DNA of 64,000 bases from Bacteroidales bacterium. GTDB lineage: Bacteria; Bacteroidota; Bacteroidia; Bacteroidales; GCA-2748055. The notes beneath the pieces are model-generated. The model searched no databases and was not told the DNA's origin. It saw nothing but the letters and a program-made list of their open reading frames with translations. Shown here piece by piece: positions 27,777 through 38,700 of the stretch. The translations under genes and the position numbers were made by a program. The stretch's first letter is position 1, and each line of letters starts with the position of its first letter. The stretch is from contig JAFGWU010000014.1 of NCBI GenBank assembly GCA_016936975.1, forward strand, positions 23,529 to 87,528. Direction: 5' to 3'.

Positions 27777-28928
27777 TTATCGAATGCCAAGGTGACGGGA
27801 GATAACCAGGCGGAGGATTTCCGAGGTGCCTTCCCCGATTTCCAGGATCCTCTGATCGCGGTAAAACCGCTCAATGGGGTTCTCCTTCATCAATCCGTGT
27901 GCGCCATGAATCTGAAGGGCTTCATTTACGACTTCGCGTGCGATTTCCGATGTATAGAGCTTGGCCATGGCAGCCTCCTTGGCAAAAGGGTGATGGTGAT
28001 CCTTGAGCCAGCACGCTTTGTAGAGAAGGTTGCGGGCAAGTTCAATTTTTGTAGCCATATCTGCCAGCTTGAAACTGTTTATCTGGAAACTCCGGATGGG
28101 CTTGCCAAACTGGATTCGTTTGGAAGCATACTGCATTGCCATTTCAAAGGCGCCCTGGGCAAGACCCAGTCCCATGGCGGCAATGGAGAGCCTGCCGCCA
28201 TCAAGTGTGGCCAGCATGATCTTCGAACCCTTTCCGCGCTCTCCCAGGATATTCTCTTCAGGGACCTTCACATTGTCCAGGAATACCCTGCCGGTGTCTG
28301 CTGCACGCCACATCATCTTGGTAGTGATCAGCTCTGTACTGTAACCGGGCGTCTCCCTCGGGACAAGAATCACCGAGAGCTCCTTCCTTCCGTCGCCTTT
28401 GTCCCCGGTCACCGCCTGAACAGTGATCCCTCCGGCCATCGGGGAACCGACATTTGTGATATAAATTTTCCGGCCGTTGATAATCCAGATTCCATCCTTC
28501 AGTTCAGCAGTCGTTTCGGTATTGTTGGAATCGGAACCGGCATTGGGTTCGGTCAGTCCGAAGGCCCATAGCTTGTTCCCGGCGGTAAGCATGGGCAGAA
28601 ATCGTTTTTTCTGATCCTCGGTACCATACTGGTAAATCGGGGCAAGACCCAGGGAGTTGTGGGCTGCAACCGTTGCGGCCTGGGAACCGTCAACCCGTGC
28701 CAGCTCTTCAACAGCAATGATATAGGAGAGGGTGTCGAGTCCGATTCCGCCGTACTCCTCGGGAAGGTTAATGCGCAACAATCCCATTTCAAACATTTTC
28801 CTGGTAAGGTGTTCTGAAAAAGTGCCCGTCTCATCGAGTTCTGCAGCCAGGGGTTTAATTTCACTCTCGGCAAATTTCCTGACACGTTCCCTCAATTCCC
28901 GGTGTTTGTCGTTCAGCAATGGTTCCAT
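27777..28928 (-). CDS. liuA: Acyl-CoA dehydrogenase (isovaleryl-CoA dehydrogenase by context)
   Basis: 383 aa with typical ACAD features (GLTEPNAGSD, C-terminal YRDQRILEIGEGTSEI). It sits adjacent to the MCC subunits. Confidence 0.8.
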   Translation of the reverse strand: MEPLLNDKHRELRERVRKFAESEIKPLAAELDETGTFSEHLTRKMFEMGLLRINLPEEYGGIGLDTLSYIIAVEELARVDGSQAATVAAHNSLGLAPIYQYGTEDQKKRFLPMLTAGNKLWAFGLTEPNAGSDSNNTETTAELKDGIWIINGRKIYITNVGSPMAGGITVQAVTGDKGDGRKELSVILVPRETPGYSTELITTKMMWRAADTGRVFLDNVKVPEENILGERGKGSKIMLATLDGGRLSIAAMGLGLAQGAFEMAMQYASKRIQFGKPIRSFQINSFKLADMATKIELARNLLYKACWLKDHHHPFAKEAAMAKLYTSEIAREVVNEALQIHGAHGLMKENPIERFYRDQRILEIGEGTSEILRLVISRHLGIR

Positions 28929-28935
28929 AGAGATT

Positions 28936-30939
28936 TTATGAATTAAAGGTTATTAAAAGTTTGTTGATTTCAACCTGTTCTCCTGCCGAAACATGTATTT
29001 CTTTTACTGTCGTATCCCGGGGAGAAACAATCTTGTTTTCCATTTTCATGGATTCGATAATTAGGAGGGTATCCCCTTTCATCACCTCATCACCGTTCTT
29101 CACATTGATCTGAACCACCTTCCCGTGGAGCGGTGCGGTGATCCTGCTTACATCAGTTTCTTCAGATGCCTTTCCGGTGCGGGAGAGATACCGGCTGTCG
29201 GGCATATCCAGTCTGCGAACCCTGAACAGCTGACCGTCAGGGTCCAGGTAAATATCCGACCGGTCGGTTACTCCCCAGACTTTTATCAACTGGTCATCCA
29301 TCCTGATCCAGTAGAGGTTTCCGACGGCCCGCTCCAGTGAAATATTCAGCAAACGGTCGTTCATCAGGAGTTCCATCCTTTCCCTGCCCTTTTTTAATTC
29401 ATATCCGATTCGATACTGTTTATGGTTGTGCTCCAGGATAATTTCGGGCGCCATGCGCCAGTGTCCGATCTGATGCCACGGGGATAGATCCGGCAGGTCA
29501 TCCCGGAAGGTGTTCCGGAGACTGATGAAGGCGGCGATGGAGAGGATCGTTTCGACGGACCAGAGGGTTCTGGCTCTTTCGATGCCGGAAAGGATCGTTT
29601 CCAGCTCGCTGTCGAGGTATTTTGTATGAATGGTGTTGCGGGAAAAATCGTCGGAACGGAGCAATTCAATAAGGAAATCCCGGTTGGTGGTCAATCCTGT
29701 TATCCTGTAGTCTTTCAGGGCTCTGATAAGGTGGTTCCTGGCATCGTCGCGATTACTTCCTGAAACAATCACCTTGGCAATCATCGGATCGTAGTAGGGC
29801 TCTACAAGGTTGCCTTGGGCATATCCCGAATCGATCCTCACCCAGCTGCGAACCGGTTCTTCAAGGAGGTCAATGCGTCCTGTTGAGGGCATGAATCCCT
29901 TCACGGGATCTTCAGCGTAAAGCCTTGCCTCAATGGCATGTCCCTTCCGGACAATATCCTCCTGCGAGAAAGAGAGCGGATAACCCTCTGCAATATTGAT
30001 CTGTTCCTTGACCAGGTCGATGCCGGTGACCATTTCCGTTACAGGATGCTCCACCTGTATGCGGGTATTCATCTCCAGGAAGAAAAATTCCTGGTTACCG
30101 TCGACCAGGAATTCAACGGTTCCTGCACCTGTATAGCTTATCTGGCGTACCAGCCTGATGGCACTTTCCGTGATCTTCTCCCGGGTTTCCCGGGCGAGGA
30201 AGGCCGACGGGGTTTCCTCAATGATTTTCTGGTACCGGCGCTGGAGGGAGCACTCCCTCTCATAGAGGTGAACTGCGTTGCCATGCTTGTCGGCGATCAC
30301 CTGTACTTCGATGTGCCTTGGTTTTTCAAGATACTTTTCAAGGTAGAGCTCCGGGGAACCGAAATAACTCAACGATTCACGGCCGGCCTCTTCAAGGGCG
30401 GGCCCAAGCTCTTCCGGGGAACGTACCACCCGCATCCCTTTTCCGCCACCTCCCCCGGAAGGCTTCACAAGGAGAGGGTAGGAGTAAGTTTCCTTATGGC
30501 TGAGCAGCGACTGGGAGGAACCATGATAACCCTGTAAAACAGGCACTCCCGATTTCTCCGCACTATTTCTTGCATTTGACTTATGCCCCATCAGGTCTAT
30601 AACATCCGGTGAAGGGCCGATAAATTCAATACCTGCATCGCGACAGGCCATTGCGAAGGCAGCGTTCTCTGAAAGAAACCCATAACCCGGGTGAATGGCA
30701 TCAACATGGGCGTCACGGGCAATCCTGATGATTTTTTCAATATTCAGGTAGGTATCCGACAGGGATCCTTCGCCAAGAGGGAAGGCCTCATCTGCCATGG
30801 TCACAAAGGGTAGGTCGCGGTCATAACGGGAATGAATCACTACAGCGAGTTTGTCGAGTTCCCTGATGGCGCGGATGATGCGTACCGCAATCTCGCCACG
30901 ATTGGCAATGAGTATCTTATGAAATTTTTTCCTATTCAA
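28936..30939 (-). CDS. liuD: Methylcrotonyl-CoA carboxylase alpha subunit (biotin carboxylase plus biotinyl domain)
   Basis: KILIANRGEIAVRIIRA, an ATP-grasp region and a C-terminal ESMKMEN biotinylation motif. There is no in-frame ATG near the conserved N-terminus. A TTG at 30939 overlapping the upstream stop is the plausible start; the track ORF runs to 31014. Confidence 0.85.
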   Translation of the reverse strand: MNRKKFHKILIANRGEIAVRIIRAIRELDKLAVVIHSRYDRDLPFVTMADEAFPLGEGSLSDTYLNIEKIIRIARDAHVDAIHPGYGFLSENAAFAMACRDAGIEFIGPSPDVIDLMGHKSNARNSAEKSGVPVLQGYHGSSQSLLSHKETYSYPLLVKPSGGGGGKGMRVVRSPEELGPALEEAGRESLSYFGSPELYLEKYLEKPRHIEVQVIADKHGNAVHLYERECSLQRRYQKIIEETPSAFLARETREKITESAIRLVRQISYTGAGTVEFLVDGNQEFFFLEMNTRIQVEHPVTEMVTGIDLVKEQINIAEGYPLSFSQEDIVRKGHAIEARLYAEDPVKGFMPSTGRIDLLEEPVRSWVRIDSGYAQGNLVEPYYDPMIAKVIVSGSNRDDARNHLIRALKDYRITGLTTNRDFLIELLRSDDFSRNTIHTKYLDSELETILSGIERARTLWSVETILSIAAFISLRNTFRDDLPDLSPWHQIGHWRMAPEIILEHNHKQYRIGYELKKGRERMELLMNDRLLNISLERAVGNLYWIRMDDQLIKVWGVTDRSDIYLDPDGQLFRVRRLDMPDSRYLSRTGKASEETDVSRITAPLHGKVVQINVKNGDEVMKGDTLLIIESMKMENKIVSPRDTTVKEIHVSAGEQVEINKLLITFNS

Positions 30940-31720
30940 TCCAGTTTGGTTTTCGTTTTTCCAGGAAGGCAAGCATCCCCTCCTGTCCTTCCGGTGAGGT
31001 GCGGAACCCGGCAATCAGCTGGGAGGTATCCTCCGGAAGATCTTTGTTGCCGGGATCTTTTTCGATGTACCGGATCAGTTCCTTGACCCCGGAGAGTGCG
31101 GAAGGGCCGCTTGTTTTCAAAATGGCAATCAATCTCTCGAGCGCCTGGTCCAGCCCGCCCGGCTTACAGAGCTGGTGGATGAGTCCGATCTCAAAAGCTT
31201 CAATAGCATCAAACCTGCGCCCGGTAAGCATCAGTTCCCGTGCCCTGCTGCTTCCTGTTTTCCTGATAATATGGGGCGCAATGGTTGCAGGAATCAGACC
31301 AAGCTTTACCTCAGAGAATGCAAAGGTGGCAGTGTCGTCGGCAAAGGCAATATCACAAGCCGCAATAATACCGTTGGCCCCGCCCATTACCTTTCCGTGA
31401 ACGGCACATACCGTAACCTTACTGCACTCATAAATGCGCGCAAAGAGACCAGAAAGCTCCATGCTTTCGGAGACCAGCTGGTCATGCGGTTGATTCAGGC
31501 CCGTCTTCATCCAGTTCAGATCCGCACCCGAACAGAAATGCTCCCCTTCCGACCGGATAATGATCATGCGGATTTCGGGATCCCTGTTAAATTCCTGGAT
31601 CACAGAGGATATTTCCCGAATCATTTCAAGGTTCAGGGCGTTGAAAACGGCAGGCCGATCCAGTATTATGGATGCGACCCGGTTCTTGACGGAGATCTTT
31701 ATGGTCTGGAAACGGTTCAT
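30932..31720 (-). CDS. liuC: Enoyl-CoA hydratase family (methylglutaconyl-CoA hydratase by context)
   Basis: Crotonase fold (ILDRPAVFNALN, FCSGADLNWM). The likely start is MNRFQT at 31720, directly after the upstream stop. Confidence 0.8.
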   Translation of the reverse strand: MNRFQTIKISVKNRVASIILDRPAVFNALNLEMIREISSVIQEFNRDPEIRMIIIRSEGEHFCSGADLNWMKTGLNQPHDQLVSESMELSGLFARIYECSKVTVCAVHGKVMGGANGIIAACDIAFADDTATFAFSEVKLGLIPATIAPHIIRKTGSSRARELMLTGRRFDAIEAFEIGLIHQLCKPGGLDQALERLIAILKTSGPSALSGVKELIRYIEKDPGNKDLPEDTSQLIAGFRTSPEGQEGMLAFLEKRKPNWIE

Positions 31721-31721
31721 T

Positions 31722-33329
31722 TTACATCCTGTATATACCCACCCGGGGTTCTTCAAATTTTTTATTCAGAGACATAGAAATGGCCAGGGCGATAATTCTT
31801 CTTGTATCCTTCGGATCGATTATTCCATCGTCCCATAACCTCGAGGTACTGTAATAGGCTGAGCCCTCTTTTTCGTATTTTTCGAGAATCGGTTTCCTGA
31901 TGGCCTTTCGCTCTTCATCGGAAAGTGTTTTTCCCTGTTCCCTTAACTGGTCTTCCTTGATGGTGGCAAGCACATCAGCTGCCTGCTCCCCCCCCATGAC
32001 ACTGATTTTTGCTTCCGGCCACATGAATAGCAATCTTGGTTCATAGGCCCGTCCCGACATGGCGTAATTGCCCGCCCCGAAAGAGCCCCCGAAAATAACG
32101 GTGAACCTTGGTACGCGGGTATTGGCTACGGCATGAACCATCTTTGCGCCGTCCTTGGCAATCCCCTCCTGTTCATAATCCTTCCCCACCATGAAACCAG
32201 CAATGTTCTGGAGAAACAGAATTGGAATTCCCCGGTGATTGCAAAGCTCAACAAAGTGGGTTCCCTTGAGGGAGGATTCACTGAAGAGGATGCCGTTATT
32301 GCCGATAATGCCGACCGGGAAGCCCATAATGCGCGCAAATCCCGTAACAAGGGTGGTCCCATAGTTCTGTTTAAATTCAGAGAATTCACTCCCGTCGACG
32401 ATCCGTGCAATTATTTCCCTCACATCCACCGGTTGCCGGAAACTTTCCGGCAGGATCCCGTAAAGCTCATCAGGATCATAAAGCGGGTCTTTTACAGGGG
32501 AACGATCCATACTCTGCCTTTGGGGAATCTGAATGGTTTCAAAAATATCCCGGCAGATTTGCAGTGCATGCTGGTCACTCTCCGCAAGATGGTCTGCAAC
32601 ACCCGATTTCGTTGTATGTACCAGGCCTCCTCCCAGCTCCTCCGCAGTGACCTCTTCACCGGTGGCCGCTTTAACAAGCGGTGGCCCCCCGAGGAAAATG
32701 GTTCCCTGATCCTTCACGATAATGGTCTCATCACTCATGGCCGGGACATAAGCCCCGCCGGCTGTGCATGAACCCATGACTATGGAGATCTGGGGAATAC
32801 CGGTGGCCGATAAGCGGGCCTGGTTGTAAAAAATCCTGCCGAAATCATCCCGGTCAGGAAATACATCAGCCTGGTTCGGAAGAAAGACACCACCCGAATC
32901 AACAAGGTAAATACAGGGTAATCCGTTTTGCATGGCTATCTCCTGGGCACGGAGATGCTTTTTGATTGTTTCCTCAATGTAGGTCCCACCTTTAACGGTC
33001 GCATCATTGGCCACAATCATGACTTCCTTTCCCTGAATAAGTCCGATACCTGTAACAATACCGGCCGAGGGGAACTGGTTGTCGTACTGACCGAAGGCGG
33101 CAAGGGATGAGAGCTCGAGAAATGGGGTGTTGGGATCGACCAGCATGTTTATGCGATCCCGCACGAGCAACTTACCTCTTCTGGTATGCTTTTCCCGCGC
33201 GCTCTCCGGCCCCCCCATGCTCACCTCCGAAAGTCGTTTCTTTAACAGGTTCACCGACGCTGTATAACGGTTCTTTCGTGACTTGAATTCTTCTGAAGAG
33301 GTATCGATTTTAGAAACCAAGGTTTTCAA
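31722..33329 (-). CDS. liuB: Methylcrotonyl-CoA carboxylase beta subunit (carboxyltransferase)
   Basis: [32 protein letters not shown] and [12 protein letters not shown] are typical of MCC beta / acyl-CoA carboxyltransferase. Confidence 0.88.
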   Translation of the reverse strand: MKTLVSKIDTSSEEFKSRKNRYTASVNLLKKRLSEVSMGGPESAREKHTRRGKLLVRDRINMLVDPNTPFLELSSLAAFGQYDNQFPSAGIVTGIGLIQGKEVMIVANDATVKGGTYIEETIKKHLRAQEIAMQNGLPCIYLVDSGGVFLPNQADVFPDRDDFGRIFYNQARLSATGIPQISIVMGSCTAGGAYVPAMSDETIIVKDQGTIFLGGPPLVKAATGEEVTAEELGGGLVHTTKSGVADHLAESDQHALQICRDIFETIQIPQRQSMDRSPVKDPLYDPDELYGILPESFRQPVDVREIIARIVDGSEFSEFKQNYGTTLVTGFARIMGFPVGIIGNNGILFSESSLKGTHFVELCNHRGIPILFLQNIAGFMVGKDYEQEGIAKDGAKMVHAVANTRVPRFTVIFGGSFGAGNYAMSGRAYEPRLLFMWPEAKISVMGGEQAADVLATIKEDQLREQGKTLSDEERKAIRKPILEKYEKEGSAYYSTSRLWDDGIIDPKDTRRIIALAISMSLNKKFEEPRVGIYRM

Positions 33330-33563
33330 TGCAGTCCGGGTTCAGTTCAGTTCTTAATAACAGAAATGAATCAGTTTTGTTTAAAAGTCAGTCCTGAAAT
33401 TAAAACAAAAAGAAGCTTTGCTGATTCAACGCGATAAGTTACATCATATAAAATTTGCATCAAAATATTACACAGCATAGTTCTGGCACTATTCCCCGCC
33501 GTCCGGCAATGTCTGTGCTTACATGTTCCCCTGTGGCAGTCACGGGAGAGTTTCCGGTAAAAA

Positions 33564-33571
33564 TAATTTTG
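33564..33571 (+). promoter_or_regulatory. Candidate -7 box (TAATTTTG) in the AT-rich divergent control region
   Basis: Exact TAnnTTTG match 118 nt upstream of the ATG at 33689. Motif match only. Confidence 0.3.
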
Positions 33572-33688
33572 TTAAATTAAATGCCACACAGAGTCAAAAT
33601 GTGGCTCAGTATTGTAAAATATGTAATTTGATGGCAATGCTTTATATTACAGCATTTATTGTAACTTGTTCGCATTAATTAAAATTGA

Positions 33689-35563
33689 ATGGTTCTCAAT
33701 CTTTCCAGGGCACTGAAGAAAAATACAGACCCGGCCGCCAGAATGCCTGGCCGGTCTGAAGAGGCGGTATCTTTAAACGATCGGGCATACCTGCCCGTTC
33801 CGCTTTATTCGGAGGAAACCGTTTTGCTTCCTGAAATGATTAAGATCAATCCCTACTTCACTCATTTCCTGACATCCGATGGATTGACATGGCTTATATC
33901 CCAGGATAATCCAATCATTCACGATCATATCGCCGGTTTAACAGACTGGTCGGTCAAATATCACACCAGCAGTTCCCTTAAAAAGATTAAAAGGGCCAGG
34001 ATGCAGACCGATATCAGGAGTTACATCAATTATCTGCGAAAGGTGGAATTTTCGGGGTCGGATAATCTGGTGGAGGTGGCGGGCTCGCCGGATAAAGAGT
34101 CTGTGATTGCGGCACTTGTTTCCGTTTCCAGGTCAGGGGACAGAAAACAGATACCTCTAATCATTGCACTTTTCAGGGATCCACATGTCGAAATTGCCAT
34201 GGCGGCTATTGAAACGGCTGAGATACTTAAGGCCGTGGAGGCTGCTCCCATTCTGGCAGAATATCTTGCCAATCCAAAGCTTTACAGCTATGCATGGTCC
34301 GCACTGGTCAATACAGGGGAGGAGGTTGTTGTTCATCTTGAAAAAGCCTTTCACAGACCAGAGCCAACGAATACGATGCTTATCAGGATCATCCGGGCCA
34401 TGACCGTCATTGGTGGAGACAGAATAAACAGGTCCCTGTTCAGGGGAATGGAGCTTCATCGCAGGGAGGTATTTTTCGAGGCTGCAAAAGCATTGTATAT
34501 TAATAATTTTGTCGTATCCGCGGAGGAGAAGCCTTTTTTGCTGAAACATATCGATGAACTGCTGGAGACGGGAGCCTGGAATCTGGTAGCAAGACAGATT
34601 ATTAGAAATGAAGGGAAACATGGCGGTTTGCTTGCCGCTGTTGAGGATGAAATAAGACACACCAATGAGTTGCTATTCATGCTTCTGGGTGTAACATACA
34701 GGAAGAGTTCCATAAGACAGATCAGGCACTCGCTGGAGAATCCCGGGAATCACGATACTGCTGATGCAGTGAAGTTACTGAAACTGATGGTCGATAAACC
34801 TCTGAGAGACCGGCTGGATTGTTATGTAAAAACCTTAACCGGCTCACTAAGGATTGGAAGGTTGAGGAATATGTTCCTGCTGGAGATGCCGGCCTACCAC
34901 AATCTTCTTAAGGCAATCGTGACAATGGATGGAATGCGGCTGGGTAACTACATCAGGATTTGTGCCATAGAAGAGCTTGGTCGGCTCCGGCGGGAAGAGG
35001 ATGAACCCACGATCACTGCTCAATTGTTCCATCCTCTCCCGGTCATCAGGGAATCGGCCCGGGTGGTGATGAAGGAAAAATACGGGAAGCGTTATAAAGA
35101 GATTGAGGAGCGGTTACATTCTGAACTCCCGCTTCAGGAGGAGATACTCCCTGGAAATAAACATTCCCATATTCATCCGGGATCAGCAAGAATGGAGGAT
35201 CTGAGGCACTGGAGACTTTTTGAAAGAGTGGACCTGAATGAGCTGTTGAAACTGGCATGGTCACTGGAGCCGTTTAAAAAAGAGCATATGGAGGATGACC
35301 GGTATGTTACCCTGCTCCGGTCGAACATGTCAGGGAACGGTTCGGTCTACAATTCCGGATTGGTTATCCATCCTGGTTATCATCAGGATTTGGGCGATCT
35401 GATTGTCCGGATAGCCTCAGAAGAGGGCGCTTCGGTTTACCAGGCAGGGATCGCAGGTCTGAAAGAGTTATTGTTTGACAATTCCGGTTTACTGAATTGT
35501 TTCCACGATCTGTTTGTGGGAACCAGGTTAAAAGATCTTAAATCTTCCCTGAAAAAGGATTGA
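33689..35563 (+). CDS. HEAT/armadillo-like repeat protein with a possible degenerate cyclic-nucleotide-binding-like C-terminus
   Basis: 624-aa all-helical repeat region (IPLIIALFRDPHVEIAMAAIETAEILKAVEAAPILAEYL). The C-terminal ~120 aa (LRHWRLFERVDLNELLKLAW...) are weakly cNMP-domain-like. There is no signal peptide or TM segment. Confidence 0.6.
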   Translation: MVLNLSRALKKNTDPAARMPGRSEEAVSLNDRAYLPVPLYSEETVLLPEMIKINPYFTHFLTSDGLTWLISQDNPIIHDHIAGLTDWSVKYHTSSSLKKIKRARMQTDIRSYINYLRKVEFSGSDNLVEVAGSPDKESVIAALVSVSRSGDRKQIPLIIALFRDPHVEIAMAAIETAEILKAVEAAPILAEYLANPKLYSYAWSALVNTGEEVVVHLEKAFHRPEPTNTMLIRIIRAMTVIGGDRINRSLFRGMELHRREVFFEAAKALYINNFVVSAEEKPFLLKHIDELLETGAWNLVARQIIRNEGKHGGLLAAVEDEIRHTNELLFMLLGVTYRKSSIRQIRHSLENPGNHDTADAVKLLKLMVDKPLRDRLDCYVKTLTGSLRIGRLRNMFLLEMPAYHNLLKAIVTMDGMRLGNYIRICAIEELGRLRREEDEPTITAQLFHPLPVIRESARVVMKEKYGKRYKEIEERLHSELPLQEEILPGNKHSHIHPGSARMEDLRHWRLFERVDLNELLKLAWSLEPFKKEHMEDDRYVTLLRSNMSGNGSVYNSGLVIHPGYHQDLGDLIVRIASEEGASVYQAGIAGLKELLFDNSGLLNCFHDLFVGTRLKDLKSSLKKD

Positions 35564-35782
35564 TGGATAGCCTGAGGAACAGGCTTATTTCGGGAAGATT
35601 TGCTAAATTGCGGGCAAATAGAGCCCATGTAATAATATTATACCCCGTTTTGAACAGGTGGTAGAACTGTTCGGCCAAAATTAAGACAAGGTTCAGGATT
35701 ATGGATGTTCCCCATAGGACCATCCTCACTTAACTTTTTCTGATCAACCGGATGAGCAGGAACAATGTGATTTAAGAAGGAT

Positions 35783-38700
35783 ATGACACCGAAAAACCCG
35801 TTTCCCGGATTACGACCCTTCACACTGGAAGAAGCCAATCTTTTTTTCGGTCGTGAAAAACAGGTCAGGGCAGTACTGAAACTGCTTAATTCCAATGGGA
35901 TCGTGTTCGTTACAGGCGTACCGGGAATCGGTAAGACATCTCTGGTCCAATGCGGAGTAGCTCAGGAGTTTTTGAAAACGGCGGGTGAATCGGCCAGAAT
36001 TATCAGCTTCTGCCCGGGGGTCGATCCGATAAGGAGCCTGGTGGATGCGTTTATGAAAAATTTCCCCGGCAAAATCGGGGCAATGGAGGATGTAGTATTG
36101 CTGAATGGGGATGTGACATTGGAATCCTGGCTTAAAGAACACGATCTTATGCATTTCAATTTTCTGCTGATCATCGATAAATTGGAGGAGATATTCAGGG
36201 ATGCTACATTACACGATACAAAGACCGGGGATAACCGGGTGAAAAGATTTGTTGATCTGATTTCCGGGGCAGTTCATGTGCCGGAGCATAAAATCCGGGT
36301 GGCAATTACAATACGGTCGGAAAGGATTGGAGAGTGTTCCGCCTGCAGTGAACTAACCGGTTTGCTCAACAGGAGCCATTATATGTTACCGGTGATGACC
36401 CGTGATAATTACAGGGAGGTCATTGAAGGTCCTTTAAAACAGGCCGGTGTTTCCATAGATGGGAATCTGCTCACACAATTACTGGATGAGACGGGAGAAT
36501 TTGTCAACCGGCTTCCCATGCTCCAGCATGCCATGATGCGGACATTTGATCACTGGAAGGTCCAGAATAAACCTTCAAAGCCATTGTCTGTTATAAATTA
36601 TGAGTCCACCGGAACGCTTCTCAAGGCAGTTTCCCAACATGCTGATGAGGCCTTTTCCGAACTGGGAGAGAAGCAAAAGGAAATCTGCCAGATCTTCTTT
36701 AAAACAATAACGGAAAAAAACGGGGTTGCTGAAGGAATCAGCAGGCCGGCCACTATCGGGAAGATTGCCGGTATTGCTCAATGTGCAACAGAAGAGGTTA
36801 TCGGGGTTGTAAATCATTTCAGGTCGGAGGGAAGAATCTTTTTAACCCCCTGTCATCCTCAGAAATTACTGCCTGCAAGTACAGTTGATCTTTCCCATGA
36901 GTTATTGATGCAATATTGGGATAAATTACGGTTATGGGTTGAGGAGGAGGCCTCATCGGTAGCGATGTACAGGAAACTGGTTAAAGCCTCCGCACTTTAT
37001 CAGGCCGGCCGGATCGGACTGCTGAGGCCGCCCGACCTCGATCTTGCCCTGAGGTGGAAAGAAGAACAAAAACCCCGGCTCGAATGGGCCGCTCAATACA
37101 ATCCGGCCTTTGAGCGGTCGATGCTTTATCTGAACCTGAGTCAGGAAGAATATTTAAAGGAGCAAAATAAAGCGGTCAGATTGCAGAAGAGGAAGTTAAG
37201 GATGCCGCTCATTATTACAGGTGTGGCAGGCATTATGGCAGTGACAGCAACCGGCTTGTTTTTCGGGACCAGGGAAGGATCCAGGCAGGTCGAGGTGGCT
37301 TCAAATGTGGGGGCACCCTCTTTGGAGACTCCGGAACCGGTCGGATTCGAAGCTGAAGTTTTTCCGGAAGATACTTTGCTGTCCACGGCAACAACTCTGG
37401 AAAACCGGGAGCCTGAACAAAGGGAAGAAGAACCTGATTCCCGGCAGGAATCCACTCTCCGGGAAAATATTGAACAGGAGAGAAGGGAGGTCAGGATTGC
37501 AAGGACGACCTCACAGGAAGCCCGCCGCCAGCAGCAGGTCGCTGCACAGAATGAACAGGCCGCGGTTGAGCAGATGGAACAGGCGGAGACGGAACGGCAG
37601 AGAGAATATCGTAACAGGCTCATCTCAAAAGCTAAATCCATTGCTGTGAGATCACTCCAGTTGAGCGACGATCCGGACCTGCAGGCATTGCTTGCTGTTC
37701 AGGCTTACCGGTTTAACTCGGAAAACGGGGGATACCGTTATGATGCCGACATATACCGGGGGCTGTACAACGCCCTTAAAAGCAAAATTTCAGACGGCTA
37801 TAATGTGTATAGCGGACATAACTACTCCGTCAGGTCCCTTGCGTGGTATAAGAGAAGAAATGGATTTCTGAGCGCCGACAGCCAGGGAAAAATTCTCTTC
37901 ATGTCCGGCGATTTTCGGAATAACAGGTCCAATTCGTTAATCGCCAATACCGGGCACGTCAATGAAGCAGTCGCAATCAGCCCTGATGAAACCCTTTTTG
38001 CCTGCGGGACAGATGGTGGGGGATTATATGTTTTTCAGATGTCGGACCCCTCGGAGAATTACAGCTTCAGGGAAGCCCACGGGGGGAAAGTGCAGATGCT
38101 TGCATTCTATGATAGCGGGAGGAGACTGGTTTCTGCCGGAGCTGATAACACAATCATGAAATGGAATCTCAACAGCCGGACGGGAGAGTTATTCGCTCAG
38201 CTAGAATCCAGGCCGACATCAATGGCTGTCTCAAATGCTTTAACGCACCTGGTCGTTGGAACAAGAGACGGAAAACTGGTGGAGTACCTTTTCGAAAATC
38301 CGGGTGATGGAAGGATTTTATACCATAACTCCGGAAATCCGGTCATGGCCGTAACATATAGTCCCAATGACAATCAGGTCGTCATTGGAACGCTGGATGG
38401 ATCGGTAAGGATAATCAACCGAAGCAATATATCTTCTGTGATAACCGTAAAGGGGCCGGAAGCACGGGTAACTGATCTGGCTTACAGTAATAACGGAAAA
38501 TTCCTGGCTGCTGCCTCGCATGATGGCAATGTTTACCTCTGGGAAACATCTGATTGGAACGAACAACCGGTAGTGGTGGGAGATAACCAGGGATTTGTAC
38601 TGACCCTCTGTTTCAGCGATGACAGCCGGCATTTCTACAGCGGAAGCACAAAAGCCCCATTGCTGATTGGAAGGCCCGTGGAATCTTCCCTGATGGTGAA

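Noticed and set aside
27609-28571. Long antisense ORFs inside well-supported genes (for example 27609..28571 +, 49627..50505 +, 14451..15104 +, 32133..32771 +, 54627..55394 +, 29938..30537 +, 1264..1920 -)
   Set aside because: They lie opposite strongly recognisable CDSs (acyl-CoA dehydrogenase, FtsH, GH105, MCC beta and others), have odd composition and no recognisable motifs. They are shadow ORFs.
35563-35664. 33-aa basic ORF (MDSLRNRLISGRFAKLRANRAHVIILYPVLNRW) starting in a TGATG overlap with the HEAT gene stop
   Set aside because: It is too short and has no supporting features, so it could easily be chance. It would need conservation or Ribo-seq evidence.
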